From contig NC_068985.1 of the NCBI RefSeq assembly GCF_001194135.2, forward strand, positions 40,163,235-40,227,234: DNA of 64,000 nucleotides, given 5' to 3'. This document shows, one piece after another, positions 26,141 through 39,784 of this stretch. The position numbers were made by a program, and so were the translations under genes. Every line of letters begins with the position of its first letter. Position 1 is the first letter of the stretch. The notes below the pieces were generated by a model. The model saw only the letters and a program-made list of their open reading frames with translations. It searched no databases and was not told the DNA's origin. The DNA comes from Octopus bimaculoides. Taxonomy: Eukaryota.

Positions 26141-27299
26141 GAGTACAGAAACAAAATGTAAAGTAGACCCTAACTAGTGAGTGTTTCCTACAAATGAAGA
26201 CATTTCTACTTCAAGTTTAAGTAGTTCAAGATTTTAGAGATTTATTTCAGTTGTGAAATGAAAGGTTAATTTTAACTTTAGAGGAGAGAAATGATATAAT
26301 GGACAAGCAATCAGTAGACACTATTACATTTTTATGTTATTTGTCTCATTTCCATTTCTCTAGCCAAAAATATCCTGGCTGAAGATGTCCCCCCTCTAGA
26401 CAATCATATCTACTCACTATTACAAAACTTAATTAAGGCCAACATTGGAGTACTGCTAATATATATGAGATGGTGCTACAACTTCGCACACAAACATCAT
26501 AGGCAAAATCAAAAGAAAATTAGTTAGTTTGGCAAAGATTCACTAACTCTTGCACTTCAACCACTAGCTCAGATAATGCTGTTTCATTTTTGCCTTTCCT
26601 ATTGCTATTATGACTTCTGTTCTTCTGAACAAGTTCTCTGTCAAGTACTTTCAATACATGTCCTCCACAATCTACCTTTACTATGTCTTAAAGACCAAAT
26701 ACACCACTAAACACTTGCCCATTCCTTACTCCTCAAAATGAGAAGCCACTGAAATTCTGTTCCTTCAGCACTTAACAGATATGTAAAGTGAAAATCAGCT
26801 GCAACAAATCTGTCACAGAGAGGTGCAGATCCAGTATTGAGGTTGAATAAAATCATTGTTTTTGAGGTTTAGTGACATTTTATCTATCTCTGATAGGGAG
26901 AGTGTAGAGAGTTTGACAACTTGCCCAACTCATAAAATCATGGGAAATTAGCCACTGAAACAATGACAATGATTGACAATGTTGTCTTGACTCATGTCAG
27001 TGCTAATCGAGCAGACCTACAATGAAAGACATTCCAGCTGTTACTAAATCAACTTTAATTTGAACAAACTGTTCCACAGGACTGCATTATCCAAGGTGTC
27101 CTTTGTCTTCAATGTGATATTGTAAGATATGATTTGATAGATATTTGGCTACTTTTTCTAGCAGGCCTGGTCACATAGAGGCTCCCTTGTTAGCTCAGCA
27201 ATGATGATGTTGATGACAATGATGATAGTTACTATTGAATTTGCTTTCTCTGTAGAGAAATGCTATCTTAGAAGTGTGCATGGTCTAAATATCTTATAT

Positions 27300-27517
27300 C
27301 TTTTATTTTTTACTTGTTTCAGTCATTAAACTGCATGCAAGTTGGAACACCACCTTGGACTTTTAGTCAGATGAATCAACCCTAATGCTTTTATTTTGTA
27401 AACCTGGAACTTATTCTATCAGTTTTTTGCCAAACCACAAAATGACAGGAATGTAAACAAACTGACACTGGTTGTCAAGTGGCGGCGGTAGGGAACACAG
27501 ACACATACACACACACA

Positions 27518-27562
<45 letters not shown>

Positions 27563-27720
27563 TGAGCTTTTTTCAGTTTTAATCTACCAAATCCAATTAC
27601 AAAGCTTTGGTCGGCCTAAGACCATAGTAGAAAACACTTGCCCAAGGTGCCATGCAATGGGATTGAACCCAGAACCACATGGTTGGGAAGCAAGCTTCCT
27701 ACCACACAACCATGCCTGCC
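27300..27720 (-). mobile_element. tRNA-derived SINE, family A
   Basis: Reverse-complement match to family A, with internal (CA)/(TA) tract. Confidence 0.85.
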
Positions 27721-28074
27721 CCTATATATAATTTCATCTTTTTTTTTACTGTTTTGTTTAATTTTCTTCCTCATTACTTTTATTACTTTTGCCATTCATG
27801 AAATATTAACATATTAAAAAATCACTTGCAAATTTAGACGATTCAACTTCACCATTTCACTAGATGTAGTTTGTTGAGTGTTTGAAAATTTGGTGTTATC
27901 TTAAGTATGACTCAATTTAATATATATCATTAAAACATAATATATGTCATAAATAGAAATTCAAAATTTGATATTTTCTAAGTGATGTTGAATGATAACT
28001 TAAAACATGACATAAGCAACAGGTTATGGTTAAACACAAGTATGTAGAGGTTTGAATATATATATACCTATCTT

Positions 28075-28469
28075 TTATCTTTTGCTTGTTTCACTCATTA
28101 GACTATGACCATGCTGAGGTACCATTCTGAAGAATTTTAGTCAAACAAATCACCCCCAGTACCGTTCCCCCACCCCACCCCACCCCAAGCCTGGTACTTA
28201 TTCTGTTGGACTCTTTTGCCAAGCCACTAAGTTATGGGAACATAAACACAACACTGGTTGTCAAGTGGTGTTGGGAGGAGGCGAAAACAGACACAAACAC
28301 TCACACACACACATAATGGGCTTCTTTCAGTTTCCATCTACCAAATCCACTCACAAGGCTTTGGTTGGCTCAACACCATAGTAGAAGACACTTGCCCTAA
28401 GTGCCATGCAGTGGAACTAAATCTAGAACCATGTGGTTGGAAAGCAAACTTCTTAGCACACAGCTATGC

Positions 28470-28470
<1 letters not shown>
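28075..28470 (-). mobile_element. tRNA-derived SINE, family A
   Basis: Reverse-complement match to family A; explains ORF 28258-28584. Confidence 0.85.
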
Positions 28471-28528
<58 letters not shown>

Positions 28529-29068
28529 AATTATATAAGCTGAAAGTTTCATTATGCTTTTATCTGTATGTTTTCTCAGTGTAAAGCAATATTCGTTTAA
28601 GAATACTAATTAACTGCTTACCATTCATCATTTGGACATTAACTTGCTTAGTAGACTAATACGAGTTAACTGCTTACCATTCTTTTTAACTTTTGGAATA
28701 GTCTAATTCTCATTTTGAAAGATTTCAATCTTCCTTCAGTATACTTACTGCTCTACACAATATTTGACTGCTTTAAAAATGATTAAGTTTGAAATAATCT
28801 AATAAGAAGCATCTATGTGGTTGCTTGAGCTGCAAAAAATAGCAGCTAAATCTACAGTAAATTTTATCCTAATATCTTAAAAAAGAAAGGACACATTAAA
28901 CAATGTAGTCTGATATATACAAAAAGATGGAATAGTCAAAGCTGGAATGCTTTTAATCATGGGTATGCTCAATAACAGCCAACTTGAGACTAAACAAAAA
29001 AAGTTTAAAATATTTAAAGCATATAATTTTATTTTTTAATTAAATTTATTTTGGAGAAATGAAAATTG

Positions 29069-31468
29069 TATTGTGCTATTTATGAGGTGTAATGGATATA
29101 AGTTTCGGGCAGAATATTGCTCACATGGTCATAGGCTCAGTTCATACTATTGTTATTGTATTGTGTTGCTAAGCAAAGGTATCTAACTCTGCTTCTCCAG
29201 GAAATTACTAGAGTTTGTAGAAACAATGATTGTCTGTGTTGAAAAAACAAGGAAGAAGAAGAAAAAAAAAATCAGTATTTAAAATTAGTAAAAATTTGGC
29301 AAAGAGAGCTGAGGTCTGATGGTGCAGGCAGAACCTTTCATCAAATGCAAGCCCTGACTGTAAATTCAGAACTTGTCTATATCTGCTCCAGTTTATCTAA
29401 TAATTAGTGACAAAAGAATAAAGGGAAAAAAAAATTAACTTGAATGATTAATAGTAAGAAGTTAAGTGCCATTAGTAGGGTTCAACTCCTGCAAATATTC
29501 AAACCAGTTCACACTTGGAAACTACTTGAACCATGGGCATCAGCTGCATCAGTACCATGAGTCTCAGTGAGTCTGCAAAGATCATGGGTACTGCATCTTC
29601 TCTCTTTTAATTTATAAAAAGACTTGAGATGAAAATTATTGAAGATCTAAAATGTAAATAAATTTCTAATTTATAACAAAACAGTTATTTTCTTTGACTA
29701 TCTATGTTTTATAATTTCATTTATACCTGTATTTATTTAGCACATTTCAAGCCTAATTATTTTGCTAAATTATCAAATATTTACATTTAATCATTATCAG
29801 TAATCTATCTAGCTAAAAAATAGGCACCATTCCTGCTTCCCATATGAGTGGGTTGTTCAACTGATAAGCCCCAATTTTTTTAATACTCCACAGAAATGTT
29901 AATTTGAGCACTTATCAACCTATGCATGCCTGAACAAAAACAAAATGGGTTCAATAATGCTGAAAGATAAAAGAACAGACTATAATCACTTACAGAGACA
30001 TTATAAATTTACACACTACTGAAGTTCATGTTTTATTTTCCAGCCTACAGCTTGTATTATACAAACATACAAAAGTGCAGTTGTATAATGTTTAAGTATG
30101 TCAAAGTGGCAGCTGTTGGACAGAGTATTCAGCCATGACAGTTCTATTCCAAATGTAAATGTCCTCATACACCAAATCTTATTGTAGCTGTTGGTCAATT
30201 GATTCTGATCTATGCTTTGCTATACACATTCGGGCATTAACTTGCTTACATTATTTACATTATCTACATTTGACGGATATTCGTCCTCATCTTGTTTGTT
30301 GTTGAATATCCGTCAAATGTAGATAATGTAAATAATGTAAATAATTCCTCATCTCTTAAATATAGAACTGTATTAACTTGCTTAGTAGACTAATCTACAT
30401 CATACCAGTATGGTGGAATAAATGCTTAAATGCTGCAAAACACCCCTTTTTTATGTGGATACTAAATTTCAGATTCATAACAAACCTCTTCACTCCAAGA
30501 ATTCTTTGATGTATTTTTAACCTGTAGCAGTCTCTACGTAATTCTTATTTATTCTCTCCATATGTACATAGTATTGGAACTGTCATTATTTACTGTTTTT
30601 TTCTTTTTCCAGAAAAATATGTAATGATAATTACCTAATGTGCTTATTATTACCACTGTTACTTTTCCAAAGACTTTGGTTCTGGATTCATAGCTAAAAC
30701 TTCTTTTGAGCCCCGACTCTTCCAGCATTTTAACTGCAGTTAGGCCTTGAGAGTTTTTTTTATTTCCCAAATATAACAGCACAGCTATTATCAACAGTGA
30801 AATGATAAATTATAAGGTAAGTAACACTATACGAAAGAACAATAAAATGCAATTTGAAATGACATACTTCTAACCATTGCAAGTTTGTTCTAAGCTGATT
30901 GCACAAAATATTATTAAATAATCTTAAAAGATAGTATTTATTTTTATATATTCCCTTCTATCTCTGAATGATGAGCTCTTAAGCTTTCTAATGGTCTTAG
31001 TAGTGTAAGGACAAGTTTTCTCATCACACCAGTTAACATCTTTGACCAAAAGAAATTGAACAACTGATGAATTGTTTATAGATGCAGGACAAAGTTTATG
31101 TTAATTTTGGATGAAATAAAGCTAAAAAAATTTTTGATTTAGTACATTTCTGAACTATTACACAGTATATATATTTATTGTGCTATTTATGAGGTGTAAT
31201 GGATATAAGTTACGGGCAGAATATTGATCACTTGGTCATAGGCTCAGTTCATACTATTGTTATTGTACTGTGTTACTGAACAAAGGTATCTAACTCTGCT
31301 TCTCCAAGAAATTATTAGAGTTTGTAGAAACAATGATTGTCTGTGTTGGAAAAACAAGGAAGAAGAAGAAAAAAAAATCAGTATTTAAAATTAGTAAAAA
31401 TTTGGCAAAGAGAGCTGAGGTCTGATGGTGCAGTCAGAAGCTTTCATCAAATGTGAGCCCTGACTGTA
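29069..31468. repeat. Direct duplication of about 294 bp (29069-29362 and 31176-31468)
   Basis: About 15 differences by eye (about 95%); the unit contains decayed SINE sequence. Confidence 0.9.
30236..30384. mobile_element. Small fold-back insertion flanked by 13-bp direct repeats
   Basis: attaacttgctta at 30236-30248 and 30372-30384; perfect 37-bp inverted arms 30246-30282 and 30304-30340 with a 21-nt spacer. Confidence 0.7.
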
Positions 31469-32824
31469 TTTTAATTTATATTTATTTTATTCACAGCACA
31501 CCTTCGAGCAATTAAAACTATTTTGATGCACTTTGTTACAAGAGCACTAAGATATTTACATATTTTAGGATACAAATATATATATAATTCCAACTAGAGA
31601 AATGATTAAGTAGTTATTTCTTTAAACAATAAACAACATTGCTATTTTTCACATCTTAAAAATATAATTTGATTTTTTGTAGCACACCTAAATCTTGTGT
31701 TATGTCAGTGTATCACATTGCTCAGTGTGGGAACTACTGCATTAGAAAATATCTAATAAAAAGTAATTTCAATATCTAATAAAAAGTAATTTCAAACTAT
31801 GTTCTAGTTGAAACGAATCATATAAACAGTTAAGCACTTGAATAAAGTGTAGATGTGATGTTGGCTGCATCAGAAATTGCAACATGCATTGTGCTCACAC
31901 ACAAACAATGTTCTTTTATAATTTTGAATATTAATCCAACAAATTACTTTATGAAAGATCAAATATTAATCTATACAGAATTGATGAATTTATTTGCTTT
32001 GCAATACTATTTTGTACATTTCCAAGCGTCTAACACCATTGTTTGGGAAACTATAGGGTTCTGTATGTTTACACTTTGGTAAGAGAATACTTGACCCTAT
32101 CTACATCGAAGTTAATGAAAATCCAAATAGATTCTAAATCAGGATTCTCTAATTGCTAAACGTGTGTTCTTGCTTGGATCCTTAAATTAATTTACTACAA
32201 ACAAGTTGTCTTGCTTGTTGCCATTAAAGGTTGATAAAGAAAACTGCGAAGGTGAGTGACCTTGTGATTAGGGTGTTGCATTCACAATCATTAGATTAGG
32301 GTTTTGGTTCTGGGACTGAGTGGTGCATTGTATTCTAGAACAAATCACTTCATTTTGCATTGTTTCATCCTCTACAGCTATATGACAGACTAGTGTCCAT
32401 TCAAGGGCAATGTTGTGATCTCAGTCACTTATATGCTATGGAAACTGGGTAACTGGCCTGAGCAGTCTTAGGGTTCAAAACAGAAGAAAAAAAACTGTAA
32501 AGCAAAGCAGGAGGGTAAATACATTGCACCTTTATACATATCTTGCTCTTTACTGTTATTGCACTGCATATTTACTTTAACCACTTTAGCAGAGCACAAG
32601 AATCACTTTAATTTAATAGAGAAACTGCCTTAATTAAAATAATGGAAAACTGTAATAAAACTATAAATATTTGTTGTGAGGAAAAGGGAAAACATCAATA
32701 TTTTGGATATAGGTTTTTTTTTTTTTTCAAAATGGTGAGGAGAAATAAGAGTTAAGGAAAAGTATTTACATGTTGCTATCCAATTATTATCATTGTTATT
32801 ATTATTAAGTCAACAAGCTTAATA

Positions 32825-33025
32825 ATAATAGCACACTGGATGAAATGCTTCGCAGTATTTCGCCCATTGCTACGATCTGAGTTCAAATTCTGCCAAGGTC
32901 AACTTTGCCTTTCATCCTTTCAGGGTCAATAAATTAAGTGCCAGTGAAATACTGGGATTGATGAAATCAACTAGTCCACTCCCCCAAAATTTCAGGACTT
33001 GTGCCTTTAGTAGAAAAGATTATTA

Positions 33026-33056
<31 letters not shown>

Positions 33057-33640
33057 GAGTGAGAGAGAGAGCAATGCATACCATCAAAATAACACTGAAG
33101 GTACAGATATACAAAACCCAACGTATCCAGCATGACTACCAGGCACATGCATCACATGGCGATCTCATATCAAGATAAACAGCACATGGCCTTGCAGGTG
33201 GGGCCCAGTTAGAATTTTCTTCATGTCAAGTAGCCCATCCTGCTCAAAATGTCACTATTATTATTATTTGGTTTGACTTAGATTCGGTCTTATTCCTGGT
33301 AGGATTTATGTAGGTAGCAGGTTACTACCTGTAACCTTAGGTATCCACAGGTTTTCAGTGGTCTTTCAAGTGCTTAGAACCCTCCTGATAATCCATTATT
33401 ATCATTATTAAGACAATGAGCTGGCAGAATCATTAGCATGCTGGGCAAAATGATTAGCAGCATTTCATCCACCTTTATATTCTGAATTCAAATACCACCA
33501 AGGTTAACTTTGCCTTTCATCTTTTGGGGGCATCAATGAAATAAGTACCAGTTGAAAACTGGGGTTGATGTAATTGACTATCCCCCTCTCTAAAACTTCA
33601 GACATTGTGTCTATAATAGAAAAGATTATTATTATAATTA
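32825..33640 (+). mobile_element. Two copies of SINE family B (about 32825-33055 and 33415-33640), each followed by (ATT)n and a shared downstream repeat
   Basis: gagttcaaattctgccaaggtcaactttgcctttcatcctttcagggtcaataaattaagt core in both; gagtgagagag...ccatcaaaataacactg follows both. Confidence 0.85.
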
Positions 33641-34218
33641 TTGAGTGAGAGAGCAGCATATGCCATCAAAATAACACTGGGGTACAAATATATTCTTATT
33701 ATTATGTGGTGGTGGTGTTTGCATTAGCAGCAGCAGCAGTAGCAGTAGTAAATTTCTGTGTGATTGTAAAATACATATAGCTTGTCTACTGAGTAACTTT
33801 CTGTCAAGTTTAAACAAGACTTAGTAGCAACAAAGGAGATTTCAACAGATGACTTTTCTTAAGCCAAAACATGTCTCTTAAAGACATTCTTTCATGAAAA
33901 CAGTAAAAGACAATGTATAATAATAGTAGCAGTAGGAGCACCATCAACAACAAGTAGCAAAACAAAGAAGATATTTGGACAATGAAGTAAAGGATAAAAC
34001 AACTATGAGATTTATATCATTAATTACTTAATTACTATAAAAGAAGAGACATTCATTAATGCCATATATGTTGATTACTTCATATAGAAAACCTTCAATT
34101 TCATTTCTGCCCATTGTTTGTAATTCTTTGTTTCTGTTGTTACTTTTCTGATAGTTACAAATTAATGTAATTAATTTAATTATATTGATCAGTTTTTCCC
34201 TTCTTTTTATCTATACAG

Positions 34219-34365
34219 TTCCATTGTCTGGTGGAAGTGCAACTGACAAAGAATGAATGTGATTTTGCTTTAACTTCATCACCTCAAAGACTGAATATAC
34301 CACAGAAAATATCCAAAGTAGACACAAGGCAGCTAGAGAAGCTCCATGGAGATACTCAACTAAAT
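34219..34365 (+). CDS. Candidate internal exon, 147 nt, phase 0-0: FHCLVEVQLTKNECDFALTSSPQRLNIPQKISKVDTRQLEKLHGDTQLN (product unknown)
   Basis: Strong acceptor tttttcccttctttttatctatacag, 49 open codons, donor gtatga; no repeat similarity noticed; no family recognised. Confidence 0.35.
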
Positions 34366-34439
34366 GTATGAGTACCCACACCAAGAAACTCAACAGTCTT
34401 TGAAATGAAGCACTTCATACTTTTAGCTCAAATTCTAAA

Positions 34440-34920
34440 AGCCAATAAATGTGCCTGTACATGACAACTTGGCCTGCTAGATATAACAGGTTAAAAGACA
34501 TATAGGTTATTGCAGTTCTAGACATTACATCTGAATAAAGAATGATGGTTGTAGCTGGAACACCTTTGATTAACCTGCGAGAAACAGCAACCAAATTTCT
34601 CTCAAATCCTATTCTACCATCTTAGAAAAGATAGATTGAATAATGTAAGTCTACTCAGTCAGGATTGGCATAAAGTTAAACAACAACAGCAAAACTCCTT
34701 AAAGCACCAAGAACACTTCTATATGGTCACACAACTTGCTAGAAATAGCCACTCAATCTCTCTCAGACAAACTGACTGTCTTTAAAAAATGCAGTCACAT
34801 TAAATAATGTAGGTCTAGATACATTATATCTGAATAAATTAAGGGTTAGTCACAGCTAGAACATTTTTGAATCATAGATCTACAGGATCAGGACATAAGG
34901 GTTAACATAAGGCTAAAAAA
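34440..34920 (+). mobile_element. Two tandem degenerate copies of short repeat family D
   Basis: ctagaaatagcagccaaatct.ctcaaatc...ggataatgtagtcctagatac motif; further copies near 19.5, 28.8, 40.5, 40.8 and 51.7 kb. Confidence 0.65.
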
Positions 34921-37029
34921 CATCTACAACACTAAAATAGAAAAGTGGATTTTATATTAATCCTGTTGTGAAACTCCACAGTCCATTCTCTACTCTGGTT
35001 TCTGTAGATCATCCAGAGAATTAAAAAATCTAAACTACTAAATAAATATGCAAGTTATATCAGGTGCTGATATTTTAAATTGTAGAGAACTGTAATATAA
35101 ATAGCAGAACTATATCCTTGTTTGTCAAACTTAGGGAGGTGAAATATTTATAATTACCACTAAACAGATGTGACCAAATTATAGGTGGAAAATGAAGAAC
35201 ATATGGCTTATTTGGGATTTGTTCAAGGTTATTTTGCTTTTGTTTTCTTTGAATTATTATTTTTTTTTTGCTTCTTTTATACACAACCTCATACATGTCT
35301 ATACAGACACACATGTATGTAAATATACTCATACATATATATAAACTCACACTTGTGCGTTTTCTATTTTTCTTTATTTTATTTTAGATCATATTCTGTG
35401 ATTTATTTCTTGCTTTGATATTCATATTTTTCAAATAATACACACACACACACACACACACATATATACATTTCAAATAAAATAAAAAGTTTTGCTATTT
35501 TAACTTAATCCCCTGCAAAATACTATGGGTGCTCCCTTCCCTTTATAACTAAGACATTAACAGTAAAAATGATTCTGAAGATTTTTCTTAATATTTTATT
35601 TATTTATTATTATTTTTCAAAAAGAATATTCTGAGAGACATTTTTACTGTCTTGATTGTCTAATACACTTTCAGCGTGTGTGTGTGTGTGTGTGTGTGTG
35701 CACACGTGCGCGTGCACACACACACACACACACACACACGCCTTATTATAACTACAGCTATCATTCAGAATCAAAGATGATTTGGTAGTACATACCACGA
35801 TTTCACTAATTGTTTTAGGTGGAGCAAACATAGAAACCTTCTTGAGTCTTCCCACCCTCAACTCAACAGAATACCTAGTATGTGAAGCTAGAGGGAGAGA
35901 GGACTGCATCAGCACTCAGCCTATGCTCATTTCAGCTAGGTAGAATGAAGCAATGTGAAATGAAGTGCTGCTTGCTCAATCTTAGAATCAAACCTTATGA
36001 TCATGAGTCTAACATCCTAACCACAATGCCATATGCCTTCATATACAGTACTACAAAAGACCTAGATAAAATAGCTATCGATAGGGTAAATAGAGTACTA
36101 ATGTATAAGAGGAAATCTTTGAGGATGCTATGATACCTAATATTGAGTGTTTGGTAAGGTGAGTTACATGGAATATAGTCTCCTCATATTCTGCTCAAAC
36201 AGCAGTGAGTTTGGAACATAACATGGCTTTTGTATTGGTAATTCAATATCTTACCTATTCATTTAACCTTTACAGATATAACTCAAAATTATATTGTTTA
36301 ACTTACAGGATGATTCTGCTAGGATTAACATATAAATCCTGCTTTTTAGTACCATTTTCTTTGTCTTATACTAAGATCCTAAAGTAATAATAAATGAATA
36401 TTGCATTTTAATATCTAAGCACAGACAAAACAGTTTAATCATTACAAGAAAGCTTAAGTGTAAGTAAGTTGATAAGCTGATGGACATTATAAAGTACTAG
36501 TCTATATGTACACAGAAAAACTATATTGCTCTAGAAAAATAATACCAATGGACAATAATATATCACCTGCTGAGAGAAAATGAGATGGCAGTGGTGGGAA
36601 CTTGTGGTTATATACAAACAAACAAAGGAAGGTGTGGGAAGAAGTGGTGAAGCCAGATCTGAGAATGTTGGTCCTCACACATGATGTTGCTAGACTGAGA
36701 AGAATAGAGAGATACTGCGCTGCAGTCATTTGATACATGTTGACATGTATCAACTGGACGATTGTCTTCATTATAATTATGATCATTATTATTTATTTCA
36801 TTTATGTCTCCAGTTATTTACTGTATATAAATAAAGATATGTCAGCATCAGATTCACACCTGCTGTCTACACTGTATGGAATAACAAACAAAAGCCAACT
36901 GTAGTGCCACACCACAACCTGTTCTACAACTTCCCTATAACTTTGAACAGCTTAAGGTGATTATATTAAAAGGGCAGAAAAAGGAAATTTATTACAAAGA
37001 AAATATACACAGCTGGTCAAATTTTATGT

Positions 37030-37660
37030 CAAAAGATTAAGTAGATTCTTTTATCTTTTTCTTATTTCAGTCCAATGGACAGCGGCCATGTTAGAGCACT
37101 GCCTTGAAGGGTTTAGTTGAACAAATTGAGCCCAGTACTTATCTTTTAACCCATAAACTGCGATAGGCCACCTCAGTGGCCAACGCGACAGTGCGACAGG
37201 CCACGTTCGTGGCCACGGAAGTAGGGCTTGATCTGACCTAATTTTGATGACGTATAATGTATGCACACGATACCCTTTTACCCCAGAAACAGTGTAGCTA
37301 ATCACAGAAGGTGTTAAGAAACACTGAGTATTTTTTTTTTTCGAGTGATAGATCGATGTTGATCTTTACCCAAAATAGGCTGAGCAGTTCGTGTTACATA
37401 CAGCAAAATCCCAACAGTTTATGGGTTAAGCCTGATACTTATTCTATTAGCCTCTTTTGCTAGGGGACATAAACAAACCAATAGTGGGGAGGGAAGAACA
37501 AAAACAAAGACACACAAATATCTACATAACAAGCATCCACACAGTTTCCCTCTACCCAAATTCACTCACAAAGAATTGACTGAACCAGAGCTATAATAGA
37601 ACACTTGTTCAAAGTACTGCTTAGCGGGACTGAACTCAATACCATGTGGTTGCAAAGAAA
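37030..37660 (-). mobile_element. SINE family A interrupted by a TTAA-targeted MITE
   Basis: Removing 37150-37429 restores cagtacttatcttttaagcctgatacttattc, matching the uninterrupted copy near 20960. Confidence 0.85.
37150..37425. mobile_element. 276-bp piggyBac-type MITE
   Basis: TTAA at 37146-37149 and 37426-37429; perfect 11-bp TIR cccataaactg/cagtttatggg with CCC termini. Confidence 0.9.
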
Positions 37661-37889
37661 GCTTCTTGATAATAATAAATAAAAATACATAACAGATAAA
37701 AAGTTGTAAAGTTATCAACATTTCAGTTTATATTAATATCTTTCTTCTTGCAACATATCAGTCACTATATTATGTTTTTAGATAAATTTCATTATCAAAG
37801 GTTTATACTTTTGTTGTATTACTTAAAGCAAACACAAACTGAGTTTATCAATATTATCAATGAATCAACTGATAAAATGTTTAACATAA

Positions 37890-38700
37890 TAATATGTAAT
37901 GTCAGTGTGCACACACGACAGAATGTAAGCGTCCTGAGAGAAATGTTGGACATAAGAAGCATCGGATGTGGCATGTAAGAGAGACGTTTGCGCTGGTATG
38001 GTCATATACTACAGATGGATGAGGAGAGCCGTGTGAAGAAGTGCCACTCCCAAACAGTTGAAGGAATCCGGGGTAGAGGTAGACCCAGGAAGACATGGGA
38101 TGAGGCGGTGAAGCATGACCATTGAATGTTGGGCCTCACAGAGGCAATGACGAAAGACCAAGACCTCTGGAAATATGCTGTGACTGTGAAGACCCGGCAA
38201 ATAAAGTGAGTTCACAGCTGTATCCTACACCAGTTTCGCATAACCAGCCCCAGCCCATTCAAAAGTACCTTGGGTTGTGGGGTGACATGCTGTGCTTGAG
38301 GAGACCTATTGAGTCAAGTACATCAACATCAAAATGAAAATCATATGGAAATTGTAGTCGTGATACCTGTTCTGGTAGCACGTAAAAAGCACCATCTGAA
38401 CGTGGCCGATGCCAGTGTCGCCTTGACTGGCTTCCATGCCAGTGGCATGTAAAAAGCACCAACCGATCGTGGCTGTTGCTAGCCTCCTCTGGCCCCTGTG
38501 CCGGTGGCACGTAAAAAGCACCCACTACACTTACGGAGTGGTTGGTGTTAGGAAGGGCATCCAGCTGTAGAAACACTGCCAGATCAGACTGGAGCCTGGT
38601 GCAGCCTCCTGGCTTCCCAGACCCCAGTCAAATCGTCCAACCCATGCTAGCATGGAAAATGGACATTAAACGATGACAACGATGATGATGATGATGATAA
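37890..38700 (+). mobile_element. RTE-clade LINE 3' end (5'-truncated) with UTR and (GAT)n tail
   Basis: NVSVHTRQNVSVLREMLDIRSIGCGM*ERRLRWYGHILQMDEESRVKKCHSQTVEGIRGRGRPRKTWDEAVKHD...LWKYAV, a typical RTE C-terminus. Confidence 0.92.
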
Positions 38701-38829
38701 TGATATTTCAATTTGTAATGATATTATTTAGTGGCAAGGGATAGATAGATGGTTCAAATCTTTCATCATCTGACACAAGATTCCTTCCTCCAATTCCCTT
38801 TCCCCTCTCAAAGGATCTTTGTGTTGCAA

Positions 38830-39135
38830 GTTACTGGGTGACCCTGCCAGTGCTGGTGCCACTTAAAAAGCATCCAGTCCACACTGTAAAGTGGTTGGTG
38901 TTTGGAAGGGTATCCAGCTATAAAAAACCATGCCAAACTGACCTTGCCTGTGCTGGTGCCATGTAAAAGCACTCAGTCCACTCTGCTGGGTGGTTGGTGT
39001 TAGGAAGACCATCCCTCTGTAAAAACCCTGCCAAAACAAACACAGAAGTCTGGAGCAGGCTCCTGCCAACTCCTGTCAAACTGTCCAACCCATGCAGGCA
39101 TGGAAGGTGGATGTTAAACACTGATGATGATGATG
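38830..39135 (+). mobile_element. RTE-tail-related short repeat
   Basis: Two gtgctggtgccac.taaaagca units and catgcaggcatggaaggtggatgttaaac(tga)n end. Confidence 0.8.
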
Positions 39136-39784
39136 GTAACTTTGATAGGTTTTGGCCAGTGTAGGCCCAGGCCATGTCTAACTTAACAGCACACCTGATG
39201 ATGATGATGATGATGATGATGAAGCAACACTCATCAGAGAATTTTAATCCAGCCCTGCAAGCTAACAAAACATGTTTCAATTACATAATGCTTCAGCAGC
39301 TTGAAACGATCAGCCTATCACATCACTGTACCTATATACAATTAAGTGGACTGGGCTGCTTTAGAGTTAAGTATCTTGGCTACAAACCACAGCAGAGCAC
39401 AGAAAGCAGTATATAATTTCTTGACCTTCCAGTCAGTAGGTCAATATCTTAGTAACATCATTTTCAATGCACCTCCACCTATCAGTGTAGATAAATAGTT
39501 AGATGCAACATATTTTTCAGTAGTAGAAGTAACGTGGTTGCTTAGCTTGATGTTTCACTTTGTTGATCTATCTGAAATCAATGATTGGTGTTGTTATAAA
39601 AACACCCTACTAAATCAATCAGTCAGGATTTAAGTTTATGGGCTTATCTATGTTTGGCATTAGCTGTGAAGCAGCAGGGGGACAGAGAAATGCTATAAAG
39701 GTTAACAAACTAGTTGAAATCAAAATTTTACACACTTTTTTCTTTAACAATAAAAACACTGGGGAATGAGGTAGTGCTGAATGA

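Noticed and set aside
31748-31793. Exact 23-bp tandem duplication
   Set aside because: Ordinary slippage event with no further structure.
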